Shown: positions 46,644 to 56,663 of the stretch, piece by piece
How positions within the stretch are numbered: position 1 is the stretch's first letter
Layout of the letters: each line of letters opens with the position of its first letter
From: Bacillales bacterium UBA4691
GTDB lineage: Bacteria; Bacillota_I; Bacilli_A; RFN20; CAG-826
Length of the DNA stretch: 64,000 bases
NCBI GenBank assembly: GCA_002404865.1
Contig: DHKP01000007.1
Location: forward strand, 9,791 to 73,790
Direction of reading: 5' to 3'
Program-made: the position numbers and the translations under genes
Notes under the pieces: model-generated
What the model was told of the DNA's origin: nothing
Databases searched by the model: none
Seen by the model: the letters and a program-made list of their open reading frames with translations, nothing else

Positions 46644-47721
46644 TAGCCTCTTTCATTTTTCGCAAAGCGCGTTCCTTGATTTGACGAATTCTTTCGCGAG
46701 AAACATGGTAATCTTTAGCGATTGATTCACCATCTTCTTTTTTCTTTCCAGAGATGCCGTAAATACGGGTAATGATATCTCTTTCTTGGGAGTTTAAAGC
46801 AGTCAACCCATTTGCGATTTGGTGCATGTTGTCTTCTAAGTCAAGCGATTTAGTAATATCTGGTTCGCTCTCTATATCCGCCTCAAAATCCTCTAGTTCC
46901 CCATTTTCATCATCCCCAACTTTTTCATTTAATGAAACGATTGGCATTTTGTAATAGGAATCTAATTCTTTAATCTTTTCGCTTGTCCATTCTGGATAAG
47001 CAGCAATGAGCTCTTCGTCGGTCGGCTCTCTCGATAAAGTAATAGCGAGTTCCGCGCGATTCTTTTTTAATCGAGCGATGTCTTGAGCCTTATGATTTGG
47101 AATATGAATCGAATTTTTGGAATCATTGATTCCACGATTGATACTTTGTTTGATCCACCAAGTGGCATAGGTAGAGAACTTAAAGCCTTTTGTGTAATCG
47201 AATTTATCGACTGCGCGAATTAACCCTTCGTTGCCGCTTTGAATTAGATCACAAAAGGGAACATCGCTTCGGTTATAGTGAGAAGCGATGCTTACCACAA
47301 GACGAAGATTAGAAGTTATTAATTTCTCTCGCGCTTTTTTGCCATCATTCACAAGATTTTTTAGTTCTTTTTCATCGCTTTTGTCACTAAGAAGAGCTAC
47401 TTCGGCTTTTTTGCCAACTTCCATTGCTTTCCCTAATTCTATTTCTTGCTCTTTGCTCAAAATAGGGTATTTGCCCATTTCAGAAAGATAAAGGGCCACG
47501 GAATCGTTACTAGAAGTGACGTTGCTAGAAACAAGGGGTTCATCAGCCAGCTTGATGCCTTTGCTTTCTAAGTAACTAACCAAAGAATCATATTCATCTT
47601 CGCTTAGTGAAAGTTCATCGGAAAGATCAAGAAGGACATTACAAGAAAGGAAGCCTTTCTTCTTATAAAGAATTAAGGCTTCTTCCTTTGCTTTCTCTAA
47701 TGGTTTCTTAATTTGCTCCAT
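46627..47721 (-). CDS. second sigma-70 (RpoD-like) paralog, 364 aa
   Basis: Regions 1.2-4.2 are intact ([33 protein letters not shown]). Directly downstream of the canonical rpoD. Confidence 0.8.
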   Translation of the reverse strand: MEQIKKPLEKAKEEALILYKKKGFLSCNVLLDLSDELSLSEDEYDSLVSYLESKGIKLADEPLVSSNVTSSNDSVALYLSEMGKYPILSKEQEIELGKAMEVGKKAEVALLSDKSDEKELKNLVNDGKKAREKLITSNLRLVVSIASHYNRSDVPFCDLIQSGNEGLIRAVDKFDYTKGFKFSTYATWWIKQSINRGINDSKNSIHIPNHKAQDIARLKKNRAELAITLSREPTDEELIAAYPEWTSEKIKELDSYYKMPIVSLNEKVGDDENGELEDFEADIESEPDITKSLDLEDNMHQIANGLTALNSQERDIITRIYGISGKKKEDGESIAKDYHVSRERIRQIKERALRKMKEAIGNGK

Positions 47722-47724
47722 ATA

Positions 47725-49158
47725 TTATTTTTTCGAAGTGTCAGGTCCATTCATGGTGAAGGTGTCGCGATAATCCCCAAGCTTCTTCGCTCTAGTTGGA
47801 TGGCGGAGCTTACGAATTGCTTTCGCTTCGATTTGACGAATTCTTTCTCTTGTTACGCCAAATTCCTTCCCGACTTCTTCAAGCGTTCTCGGGCGATTAT
47901 CATCTAGACCGTATCGGAGACGTAAAACTTTCTCTTCGCGGTCAGTAAGATCCTTCATGATTTCGTAAAGTTCGTCTTTTAATAAAGATTTAGTCGTATA
48001 TTCTTCGGGGGATTGTGCTTCCTTGTCTTCAATAAAATCTCCAAGATGGCTATCGTCTTCTTCACCGATTGGTGTTTCTAAAGAGACAGGTTCCATCGCG
48101 ATACGCTGAATTTCGCGTATTCTTTCTGGAGAAAGAGCGCCCTCCATTTTGATGCTGATTTCTTCAGCGGTTGGATCGCGGCCTAGTTCTTGGACAAGTT
48201 GGCGTTGAACGCGAGTCATCTTATTAATCGTTTCCACCATATGAACTGGAATACGAATCGTTCTAGCTTGGTCAGCGATCGCGCGAGTGATGGCTTGACG
48301 AATCCACCAAGTGGCATAGGTAGAGAACTTAAAGCCTTTTGTGTAATCGAATTTCTCAACGGCTTTAATCAAGCCCATGTTTCCTTCTTGGATCAAATCG
48401 AGGAAATGCATTCCGCGCCCCACATAGTGCTTCGCAATCGAAATAACAAGTCGTAAGTTCGCCGTAATCAGTTTATTTTTGGCATTTTGCCCATCTTCAG
48501 CAGTGCATTTTGTAAGGAAAATTTCTTTGGTAGGATAATTGAAACGAATGGCTTTGTACCAGGCATCAAAATTATCGCTCCCGCCATTTTTAGTATATTC
48601 ATCGTAAAAATCATGAAGTTTTTTCATGGCCTCATCGCCACTAGCAATTTGTTTTGCTAATTCGGTTTCTTCTTTCGCATTCAATAGATTGACCTTGCCA
48701 ATCTCTTTTAAATACATTTTAACGGAATCATTTACTTTGACTTCGCCTGATTGAAGTTTACTAAAATCGTCGATGGCCTCGACTTCGTCTTTTTCGGCAC
48801 TTTCGTCACTCAACTCTTCATCGGCTTCCATTTCTTGGTTTTGTTTTTCTAAATCGATTTCGCCGACGTCGGCATCGTCCAATGAAGTCTCTTCTTCGTC
48901 GCCAACGATTTTAATGCCGCTATTTTGGAAAAAATCAATTAAGCCTTCATAATCATCTTCACTCAAATCGTATTTGCTCGTGAGGTCCATGATCTCGCCT
49001 TGGTCAAGGGAGCCTTTTTCCTTGCCGCGCTTAAGCAAGTCTTTCTTTAAATCAGCGATGATTTTGTTTTCTTCATTTTCTTCATCGTCAATCAAGAATT
49101 CTTCCTCTTCCATCTCGATTACTTCATTTTCCGAATTCTTTTTCGCTTTCTTTGTCAT
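47725..49158 (-). CDS. rpoD: RNA polymerase primary sigma factor
   Basis: 477 aa. The region 2.4 motif [13 protein letters not shown], acidic region 1.1, dnaG-rpoD synteny. Confidence 0.9.
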   Translation of the reverse strand: MTKKAKKNSENEVIEMEEEEFLIDDEENEENKIIADLKKDLLKRGKEKGSLDQGEIMDLTSKYDLSEDDYEGLIDFFQNSGIKIVGDEEETSLDDADVGEIDLEKQNQEMEADEELSDESAEKDEVEAIDDFSKLQSGEVKVNDSVKMYLKEIGKVNLLNAKEETELAKQIASGDEAMKKLHDFYDEYTKNGGSDNFDAWYKAIRFNYPTKEIFLTKCTAEDGQNAKNKLITANLRLVISIAKHYVGRGMHFLDLIQEGNMGLIKAVEKFDYTKGFKFSTYATWWIRQAITRAIADQARTIRIPVHMVETINKMTRVQRQLVQELGRDPTAEEISIKMEGALSPERIREIQRIAMEPVSLETPIGEEDDSHLGDFIEDKEAQSPEEYTTKSLLKDELYEIMKDLTDREEKVLRLRYGLDDNRPRTLEEVGKEFGVTRERIRQIEAKAIRKLRHPTRAKKLGDYRDTFTMNGPDTSKK

Positions 49159-49186
49159 AATTTGTCTCCTCTTTTCAATTTACAAT

Positions 49187-51007
49187 TCATTTCGTGGAAG
49201 GGAACGCTTTGCCAAGTTCCTCTGCCATTCTTTTGATGAGCTCAATCTTTTCGTTATCGCCATTAGCCTCCTGGTAATCACTCTGAATCTTGCGCTTTTC
49301 TCGTAGAGCTTTTCTCTCTTCAAAAATCACCTTGCTAATCATTTCATATGTTTCGCGATTGGGAGGCGGATAAACCGTTTCTCCGCTTAAGGAAATCAGC
49401 ATGTCGCGTAATTCATTCGCGTTGTCAAAGTCTTTATTATCGATTTTGCTTATAAAGGAAGCAATGGAAGAAGATTCACTAGGGGTGTCTATCACGATAT
49501 CGGCAATCTTGTTCAAAATGGGGTCGTAAAAATTATCGATGCATCTTTCAAAATAAGTCACCGCATCTTTGTAATAAAGCATGTAATAGAGCATCTCTCG
49601 TTCAGCGTTAAATAGTCTTTGATAAGATTTGCGAGACGATTCTTCTTTGTAAAAACTTGGAGTTTTAGCTTCAAATTCGCTATAGCCATCGCCATCACTG
49701 CTGATTTGATTTTGGTTTTTGATGAGTTCCCGAAGCTGGATTCGAATCGTCTCAGGCAAATACCCCGTTGCCTTAGCAAGCTTATTAATGTAGTTTTCTC
49801 GGTCAATCCCAGCTTGGACACTAGAAAGGAAGGGAAGGAAATGAAAAAGGGCTTTCCGTTTTTCTTCAGGCGTAGATAAAGAACGCACATTGAGGTAATA
49901 ATTCAATTGAAAATCGAATGGGTCGCTTAAAGAATTCATCGCCTTTTTAAGCGCCTCAGGTCCATCGCTTTGAAAAATGTCGTCTGGATCCCTTTTATCA
50001 AGGGGATTAAGGACCAAACGAAACGGAATGCCAGATTTTTGAAGTGGCGCAATAGCTTTCATCATTCCGATTTGGCCTGGATCATCGCCGTCTAAGCAAA
50101 GCCGAGTTTCGCAATTCAATTTTCTAAGCAAGGAAATTTGCTCTTTCGTTAAGTTCGTCCCCATAAGAGCGACGGCGCTAGGCATATCCGCCTTGCCTAA
50201 AGCAATCGTATCCATAAAGCCTTCTAATACGTAAACATACCCATCATGGTGAGCGTGCTTTCTGGCATTATGGTAGTTATACAAAAGTTGCCCTTTGTGG
50301 AAAATCTTTGTTTCAGGGCTATTGATGTATTTAGCGGTATCTTCTTCTTTTAAGCGTCTAGCAGAAAAACCAACTACTTGTCCGAAAGGATCAAAAAGAG
50401 GAAAGATTAATCGCCCAGCATTAGAGTCGCTTGTTCCTTGGGCCCGTGCTAAAGCGATTCCGATATCTTCAATGGATTTCAAAGAATGCCCTTTCGCTTG
50501 AAGATATTGAATCGTCTTCTTCCCATCCATCGGAGAATAGCCTAAACGATACATTTCAATGTCTTCTTGCGAGATACCGCGCTCTTTCAAATAGTTTCTA
50601 GCAATCTCGGCTTCCCCAATAGAAAGGGAATATTCATAATAACTTTGAAGGTCATTAATACATGAATACAAAGCTTCTAAAGAAGGATCAACATGTTTTT
50701 GGAAAGTCGGCTTAGACAAACGAGGATCATGGAAACCAACTAAATCAGCCAATTTCCTAGCCGCGTCATCAAAACCAATCTTTTCATAGTGCTGAATGAA
50801 TGTAATCGCATTCCCGCCTTCTCCACAAGAAAAACACTTATAGATTTGTTTTTCTTTAGAAATATTAAGCGAAGGATGCTTATCGTCATGAAATGGGCAA
50901 AGAGCGACATAACTACGGCCTTTTTTGATAACATGAATGTAGGAGGAAATAACGCTGACAATATCAGCTGATTTAAGAAGATTGTCAATCACGTCTTGTT
51001 CAATCAT
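49187..51007 (-). CDS. dnaG: DNA primase
   Basis: Zinc-binding CPFHDDKHPS...CFSCG, TOPRIM domain. Confidence 0.9.
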   Translation of the reverse strand: MIEQDVIDNLLKSADIVSVISSYIHVIKKGRSYVALCPFHDDKHPSLNISKEKQIYKCFSCGEGGNAITFIQHYEKIGFDDAARKLADLVGFHDPRLSKPTFQKHVDPSLEALYSCINDLQSYYEYSLSIGEAEIARNYLKERGISQEDIEMYRLGYSPMDGKKTIQYLQAKGHSLKSIEDIGIALARAQGTSDSNAGRLIFPLFDPFGQVVGFSARRLKEEDTAKYINSPETKIFHKGQLLYNYHNARKHAHHDGYVYVLEGFMDTIALGKADMPSAVALMGTNLTKEQISLLRKLNCETRLCLDGDDPGQIGMMKAIAPLQKSGIPFRLVLNPLDKRDPDDIFQSDGPEALKKAMNSLSDPFDFQLNYYLNVRSLSTPEEKRKALFHFLPFLSSVQAGIDRENYINKLAKATGYLPETIRIQLRELIKNQNQISSDGDGYSEFEAKTPSFYKEESSRKSYQRLFNAEREMLYYMLYYKDAVTYFERCIDNFYDPILNKIADIVIDTPSESSSIASFISKIDNKDFDNANELRDMLISLSGETVYPPPNRETYEMISKVIFEERKALREKRKIQSDYQEANGDNEKIELIKRMAEELGKAFPSTK

Positions 51008-51095
51008 CGTAATTCCCTCCTATTATGTCTTATATATTACTTTGTAATATAAAAATACTAATTTAATACTAGTTTTTAACTAATTATCCACCGGT

Positions 51096-52475
51096 TTAGA
51101 AGAAGCATTTCCCCTCGAAATATTCAACGAGTTTATCAATCGGTAAGCGAATTTGCTGCATGGAATCACGTTCACGAATGGTTACGCAGCCATCGTTAGC
51201 GGTATCAAAGTCCACCGTAACACAAAACGGAGTCCCTATCGCGTCTTGACGGCGATACCGTTTACCGATGGACGCCGTGCAATCAAACGTAGCAGAGAAA
51301 TGTTTGTTTAGAAGATTCAAAACTTCCATCCCCTTATCCTCTAATTTCTTAGAAAGAGGCAAGACGGCAACTTTATAAGGTGCTAAAGATGGAGCTAAAT
51401 GCATAACAATTCGCGAATCTCCGCCTTCTAGAGTCTCTTCATCATAGGAATCGACCATAACCATAAGCATTAAACGATCAAGCCCCATGCTAGGTTCAAT
51501 AACGTATGGTATATAATGTTCATTGGTTTCATTATCAAAATAGGTCAAATCCTGCTTGCTGTAGTTTTGATGGCGGGTCAAATCGTAATCAGTGCGATCA
51601 GCGACTCCAAGAATCTCGCCCCACCCTAAGTTAGGAAAATCATATTCGACATCGGTTGTAGCTTTAGAATAAAAGGCAAGCTCAGCAGGTTCGTGGTCAC
51701 GAAAACGTAAGTTTTCTGCCTTCGGACCAAGAGATTCGACGAATTTTAAGCAATAGTTTTTCCAATAATCAAACCACTCCAAATCAGTTCCTGGTTTGCA
51801 GAAGAATTCCATTTCCATTTGTTCAAATTCGCGAGTTCTAAACGTGAAATTCCCAGGGGTAATCTCATTGCGGAAGCTTTTGCCTGCATTACAAATCCCA
51901 AACGGAATCTTTTTTCTGGTCGCGCGTTGAACACTCTTAAAATCAACGAACACACCTTGAGCTGTTTCAGGACGCAAATAAACGGTGCTGCTATTATCTT
52001 CAGTAACGCCAATATGCGTTTTGAACATCATATTGAACTTACGAATCGGCGTAAATTCACTCTTTCCGCAAACCGGGCATTTGAGGGTATGCTCTTCCAT
52101 GAATTTCTCCATGTCTTCAAAAGTCATTCCGTCAACATCTACACCAGGATATTGGTCATGAATTAAAGTATCCGCGCGATGACGGGCGTGACAAGCCTTG
52201 CAGTCTACCATTGGGTCATTAAATGTGGAAACGTGGCCCGTTGCCTCCCAAACCTTTGGGTTCATTAAAATTGCAGCATCAATGCCAACATTTGTCGGGC
52301 TTTCTTGCACGAATTTTTTCCACCACATCGCCTTGATGTTTCTTTTGAGCTCTGCACCGAGGGGGCCATAATCCCAAGTATTGGAGAGGCCGCCATAAAT
52401 CTCGCTCCCAGGAAATACAAATCCAGAAGTGATTAGATGCGATGTAATTTTTTCGAATGAAAATTTACTAGCCAT
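51096..52475 (-). CDS. glyQS: glycyl-tRNA synthetase (alpha2 dimer type)
   Basis: 459 aa class II GlyRS of the eukaryote-like type. No T-box leader. Confidence 0.9.
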   Translation of the reverse strand: MASKFSFEKITSHLITSGFVFPGSEIYGGLSNTWDYGPLGAELKRNIKAMWWKKFVQESPTNVGIDAAILMNPKVWEATGHVSTFNDPMVDCKACHARHRADTLIHDQYPGVDVDGMTFEDMEKFMEEHTLKCPVCGKSEFTPIRKFNMMFKTHIGVTEDNSSTVYLRPETAQGVFVDFKSVQRATRKKIPFGICNAGKSFRNEITPGNFTFRTREFEQMEMEFFCKPGTDLEWFDYWKNYCLKFVESLGPKAENLRFRDHEPAELAFYSKATTDVEYDFPNLGWGEILGVADRTDYDLTRHQNYSKQDLTYFDNETNEHYIPYVIEPSMGLDRLMLMVMVDSYDEETLEGGDSRIVMHLAPSLAPYKVAVLPLSKKLEDKGMEVLNLLNKHFSATFDCTASIGKRYRRQDAIGTPFCVTVDFDTANDGCVTIRERDSMQQIRLPIDKLVEYFEGKCFF

Positions 52476-52559
52476 AAAATCAAACTAAAAAACCTTTCTT
52501 TTTAGAACCTAAGTATTTTAGATTCATAAAATAGAATGTCAACCCATTATGAGTGAACA

Positions 52560-53300
52560 TTAGTTGCAAGCAGACAGGGTTTTTAATGTTTTGAAGGAAA
52601 TGCCTAAATTGTGATAGATATACTCAGCAAGATCTTCGATGATTTCTAGGCATTCCTTGTCGAAAAAGTCCACGCGCGTAAAATCAGAAACTTTGCAACG
52701 GAAAATATAGCGATAAATTGATAAATAACGGGCACTCATTCTTTTCATGACAAGAGGGTCTTCATTTTCGCAAACAAAACCACCTTCTTCAAAATCAACG
52801 CCGATTATGCCTACTTTTTTACGGCAATAGACGCATTCATCAACATCTAATCCATAGCCTTCTAGTTTAATATAGCGAGCGAACAATAATAGAGCCGAAG
52901 TTAAAGGAGAGAACCCCTTTTTAATCGATTCCATCGCTTCTTCAAGCCATAAATACGCTTCTTGGGCAATGTCTTCCATAACAAGTTTGCTAGTAATTTC
53001 GGCAATAAAAGAGAGGGAAGACATTACTTTTAAGTCATCGCGATAAGAAGGTTCTTGTAAGCATTTTCCCTCTTTTAGATTCCAGGAATCATTAAAGTTT
53101 TCTAAAAAGCAAGAAGAATAAGAAAGCAAAAGCAGGCAAGAAGCATTTTTGCTCGTTATTTTTTTCGCCCCACGTGCGCGGAACGTAATCAATCCTTCTC
53201 TTGTTAAAAACGTAACGATAAAATCGTTTTCTTTATATTGGCTAAGATGAATCACGTAGCCTTCGACTAGCTTAGTTTCCTTCATCTTCACTATATCCAA
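52560..53300 (-). CDS. recO: DNA repair protein RecO
   Basis: OB fold plus zinc motif. era-recO synteny. Confidence 0.85.
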   Translation of the reverse strand: MDIVKMKETKLVEGYVIHLSQYKENDFIVTFLTREGLITFRARGAKKITSKNASCLLLLSYSSCFLENFNDSWNLKEGKCLQEPSYRDDLKVMSSLSFIAEITSKLVMEDIAQEAYLWLEEAMESIKKGFSPLTSALLLFARYIKLEGYGLDVDECVYCRKKVGIIGVDFEEGGFVCENEDPLVMKRMSARYLSIYRYIFRCKVSDFTRVDFFDKECLEIIEDLAEYIYHNLGISFKTLKTLSACN

Positions 53301-54159
53301 ATGCTTTTAATTTATCAGGCTTGCTGCACCAATTCGGCTCATGCTTCACTTTTAACACAAGATCTACGCGTTTTTTCCAATCTTTTTGGAGGTTTCTACG
53401 AGCGGTCATCGAAATCTTTTTGATCATCGCTCCGCCTTTTCCAACGACAATCGCGACTTGTCCTTCTTTTTCTACGTAGATAGTTGCTAAAATCTTAACC
53501 ATATCCTTCGATTCTTTAAAAGTTTCGATAGTGACGGCACTTTGATGGGGAACTTCATCACTTAAAAAATGAAGAAGTTCGTAACGGACCATCTCTTTTG
53601 CAGCGAATACCTTATCTTTATCAGTAATCATTTCTTCATCGAAATAAGCTGGCCCGGTCGGCATTACTCTCCCAACTTCATCACGCACCTCTTTAATCCC
53701 GAAATTGGTTAAAGCGCTCATTTGAAGCGTCATAGCGTTAGGGTAGGAAGAAATATAGTGTTTTAAAAGGGTTTCCATTTCTATAGCAGTCGCTAAGTCA
53801 ATCTTATTGATAACGATGAAAAGCTGGCAATTGAGCTTTAAACTTGCAAGTATCTTATCATCTTTTGAAGTATCTAAATTCTCAGCGCTAACGATATAAA
53901 TAACCGCATCTGCCCCACTCAAAGAACTATAGGCTTCTTTATTCATGTATTTATCGAGACTTTCTTCGCTATTAAATAACCCTGGTGTATCGATAAAAAC
54001 GAGTTGTAAATCTTTTGCATGATACACCGCATCAATGTTATCACGGGTGGTCTGAGGCTTAGGAGAAACGATCGAAACGCGTTTAGATAAAAGCGCGTTC
54101 ACAAAAGTACTTTTGCCAACGTTTGGTTGACCAATAATTGCAATAAATCCACTTTTCAT
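53272..54159 (-). CDS. era: GTPase Era
   Basis: G1 GQPNVGKST, C-terminal KH domain. Confidence 0.9.
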   Translation of the reverse strand: MKSGFIAIIGQPNVGKSTFVNALLSKRVSIVSPKPQTTRDNIDAVYHAKDLQLVFIDTPGLFNSEESLDKYMNKEAYSSLSGADAVIYIVSAENLDTSKDDKILASLKLNCQLFIVINKIDLATAIEMETLLKHYISSYPNAMTLQMSALTNFGIKEVRDEVGRVMPTGPAYFDEEMITDKDKVFAAKEMVRYELLHFLSDEVPHQSAVTIETFKESKDMVKILATIYVEKEGQVAIVVGKGGAMIKKISMTARRNLQKDWKKRVDLVLKVKHEPNWCSKPDKLKAFGYSEDEGN

Positions 54160-54557
54160 AAATCATCACTCGTGAAAGCAAATGGAAGAAGTTCTTCGGC
54201 GGAAGTTTCTTTAATCATGCCATCCAAATTTCCTAGATAAATAGGTGCATTAGCTGGAAATAACTCACTAATGACTTGGCGACAAGCTCCACAGGGAGAA
54301 CAGGGCTCTTCCGTATCACCAATAATCGCCAAAGCCGCGAAATCATCTTTAGTTTTTCCTTCCATCATTGCATGATAAATCGCGTTTCTTTCAGCACACA
54401 TCGTAACAGAAAAAGCGCTATTTTCGACATTAGCCCCCAAAAACACTTCGCCATCTTTTGTAAGTAGAGCCGCACCTACTGCAAAATGGCTATAGGGGCT
54501 ATAGGAGAATTGGCGAGCCTTTAAAGCTTCCCCCATCAGTTTTTCTTTGTTCATCAT
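54156..54557 (-). CDS. cdd: cytidine deaminase
   Basis: CAERNA and PCGACRQ zinc motifs. Confidence 0.85.
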   Translation of the reverse strand: MMNKEKLMGEALKARQFSYSPYSHFAVGAALLTKDGEVFLGANVENSAFSVTMCAERNAIYHAMMEGKTKDDFAALAIIGDTEEPCSPCGACRQVISELFPANAPIYLGNLDGMIKETSAEELLPFAFTSDDL

Positions 54558-55018
54558 TGTTCATCCACCTTTTTTAATATTTTGTCTTGAAGAGGGAACA
54601 TAATTTCTTCGTCTTCTTTTTTCATATGATCATAGCCAAGCAAATGCAATAAGCCATGCGTGAACAAAAAAGAAAGCTCCCTAAATTCGCTATTTCCGAT
54701 TTCTTTCGCTTGACGAAGTGCGACAGGAAGACAAATCAAAATTTCACCAAGCATCCTTTCCACGGAAGGGTTCTGTATTTGGTCTTTTGGATCCTTATCA
54801 TCGTTAAACGCAAAAGAGATAACGTCGGTTGGACGGTCTACGTGTCGATAATCGCGATTAATATCATGAATTTCTTTCTCATTGACGAGAGAAACATCGA
54901 CTTCGTAATTCGTGGTCACCTTGAGCAAAGAAAAAGTGACTTCCGCTATCTTTTTATAGCGGTCTTCTAAAACATCGTATTTTTTATCAAAATGACGATT
55001 CTCAAATAGTAATTCCAT
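54554..55018 (-). CDS. ybeY: endoribonuclease YbeY
   Basis: HGLLHLLGYDH motif. Confidence 0.9.
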   Translation of the reverse strand: MELLFENRHFDKKYDVLEDRYKKIAEVTFSLLKVTTNYEVDVSLVNEKEIHDINRDYRHVDRPTDVISFAFNDDKDPKDQIQNPSVERMLGEILICLPVALRQAKEIGNSEFRELSFLFTHGLLHLLGYDHMKKEDEEIMFPLQDKILKKVDEQ

Positions 55019-55087
55019 GCTTATTATTATCGTTTCTTTTTCTTGCTAAGTAAACATGCGAAGAATGTTCTCTAATCAGGAATGGAC

Positions 55088-56284
55088 TTATTCTTTTTTA
55101 GATAAGTACTCAATAAAATTTCCTTGAGCAATATCGTAATCCTTGTAAGAGAAAAAGACGTCAACGCAATGTTGAAAGAGCAATAAGACGGCAAGTAGGG
55201 AGAATAGGTGAAATAAATAGAAATTCAAAGTAACTTCTTGGCACCCTAATAAAGACAATAAATTGCTTGCTAATGCTAAAACGCAAATGACAATCCGTCC
55301 ATATTCAATCTTCAAAGCGAAAGAGGAAGATAATATTCCAATCCGACGCAGGGTTCCTCTTAACTCTTCTTGATTGGAAGAATGTCGAAGCCCATTTTCT
55401 AGATCCTCGATATTTTTCTTTTCCTTGCTAAGTTTTCTGAAAGAGATACATCGCATTAATAAGTAGGCAAATAAAGTAATGAATATAGGCAATAAGAAAA
55501 ACGGATTATTCATCGAAACGAGGGTGATAAGAGTGAGGACACCGACAAGTTCATTGACCATGTTCGGGAAATCCATAAGTCTGTATCGCTTGTAGCAATG
55601 ATATTCTTCGTAGGTTTTCATCATTCTTTCACTATTGCTATAATCAAGCCGCTCTAAATATTTTTCATCCAGTCGCGAATTAACCTTCAAAGACAATAAA
55701 TGCTGGAGAATAGAAAAGACGCCAAATGCTAAAAAAGAAAGTGCTGGCAATAGAATATTCCCTTCATCCGAGAAAAAATAAAAGCCACATAATAACGATA
55801 AAGTAGAAAGAATTGGAAATAAATATAACGCAAGCGTTTCGTAAAATGGTAAGAGCTTTTCTTTTGTTGGCAATTTCGAATTTTTGTTTACCTGCAAAAT
55901 CCCGAAAACGCCAGACCAATCGTCTTCAAACTCTTTTTTCGAGCACTTCATTTTTCCGACTGCAGGGTCAAAATAAACTACATTTCTTTTTGTGATTTTC
56001 TTTACATAAACCATGTGGCCGTCATTTTTGTCATTTTTAATCGCCAAGAATCCTTGCTTTTTGTTCCAAGGGTAATCAATCTCCTTTCTCTCAGCTTCAT
56101 AAAACGACAGCGTATAGCCATACCGCCTTGCGCCTTTTTCTAAATCTTCCAAGGAATGAGGTGGATGACTTTCTAATCGAGCGAAACGATAATCTTTCTT
56201 TCCCGTTTCATTCATAAGAATCATCTGGAAGCACGCTAAGGCGCAGGCGTCCTCTTGAATTTGATAAACCAAACGTTCCATCAC
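55088..56284 (-). CDS. orphan C39-family peptidase domain fused to a 6-TM ABC-type membrane domain with no ATPase domain
   Basis: N-terminal QIQEDACALACFQMIL and GHMVYV...VVYFDPAVGK...FEDDWSGVFGIL align with the ComA/LagD C39 Gln-Cys-His-Asp domain. About 6 TM helices follow. The protein ends at 398 aa and no NBD gene is adjacent. Confidence 0.6.
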   Translation of the reverse strand: MMERLVYQIQEDACALACFQMILMNETGKKDYRFARLESHPPHSLEDLEKGARRYGYTLSFYEAERKEIDYPWNKKQGFLAIKNDKNDGHMVYVKKITKRNVVYFDPAVGKMKCSKKEFEDDWSGVFGILQVNKNSKLPTKEKLLPFYETLALYLFPILSTLSLLCGFYFFSDEGNILLPALSFLAFGVFSILQHLLSLKVNSRLDEKYLERLDYSNSERMMKTYEEYHCYKRYRLMDFPNMVNELVGVLTLITLVSMNNPFFLLPIFITLFAYLLMRCISFRKLSKEKKNIEDLENGLRHSSNQEELRGTLRRIGILSSSFALKIEYGRIVICVLALASNLLSLLGCQEVTLNFYLFHLFSLLAVLLLFQHCVDVFFSYKDYDIAQGNFIEYLSKKE

Positions 56285-56382
56285 TCTTCTATAGTCAAAA
56301 AAATGGAAGTTTTACCAAAAATATTTTTACTTTTGATACTTATGCACAAAAAGAAAGGCTCCTTTTTTGGGAGCCATCTTAG

Positions 56383-56565
56383 TTAATATTTCTTGCGACG
56401 TGCCATTTCGCTCTTCATCTTGCGACGGAGACCGGTTTTTAAATAGAATTCACGTTTGCGGCTTTCCATCAAAATGCCGCTTTTGTTAACGCTGCGTTTG
56501 AAACGACGGAGCGCATCATCAAGAGATTCACCTTCGCGAATTACAGTTTTAACTGCCATGAACAA
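56383..56565 (-). CDS. rpsU: ribosomal protein S21
   Basis: [19 protein letters not shown] signature. The true start is probably Met3 at 56559. Confidence 0.85.
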   Translation of the reverse strand: MFMAVKTVIREGESLDDALRRFKRSVNKSGILMESRKREFYLKTGLRRKMKSEMARRKKY

Positions 56566-56663
56566 TCACCTCGTCTTTCTAACGAGTGCTATTTTACCTT
56601 GATAAAAAAGAAAAACAAGCAATTATCATCGTTTTATTTCGCTTTAATTGCTAAACTATAGCG

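Noticed and set aside
52476-52559. Expected T-box leader upstream of glyQS.
   Set aside because: Only about 85 nt separate glyQS from recO. No T-box consensus is present.
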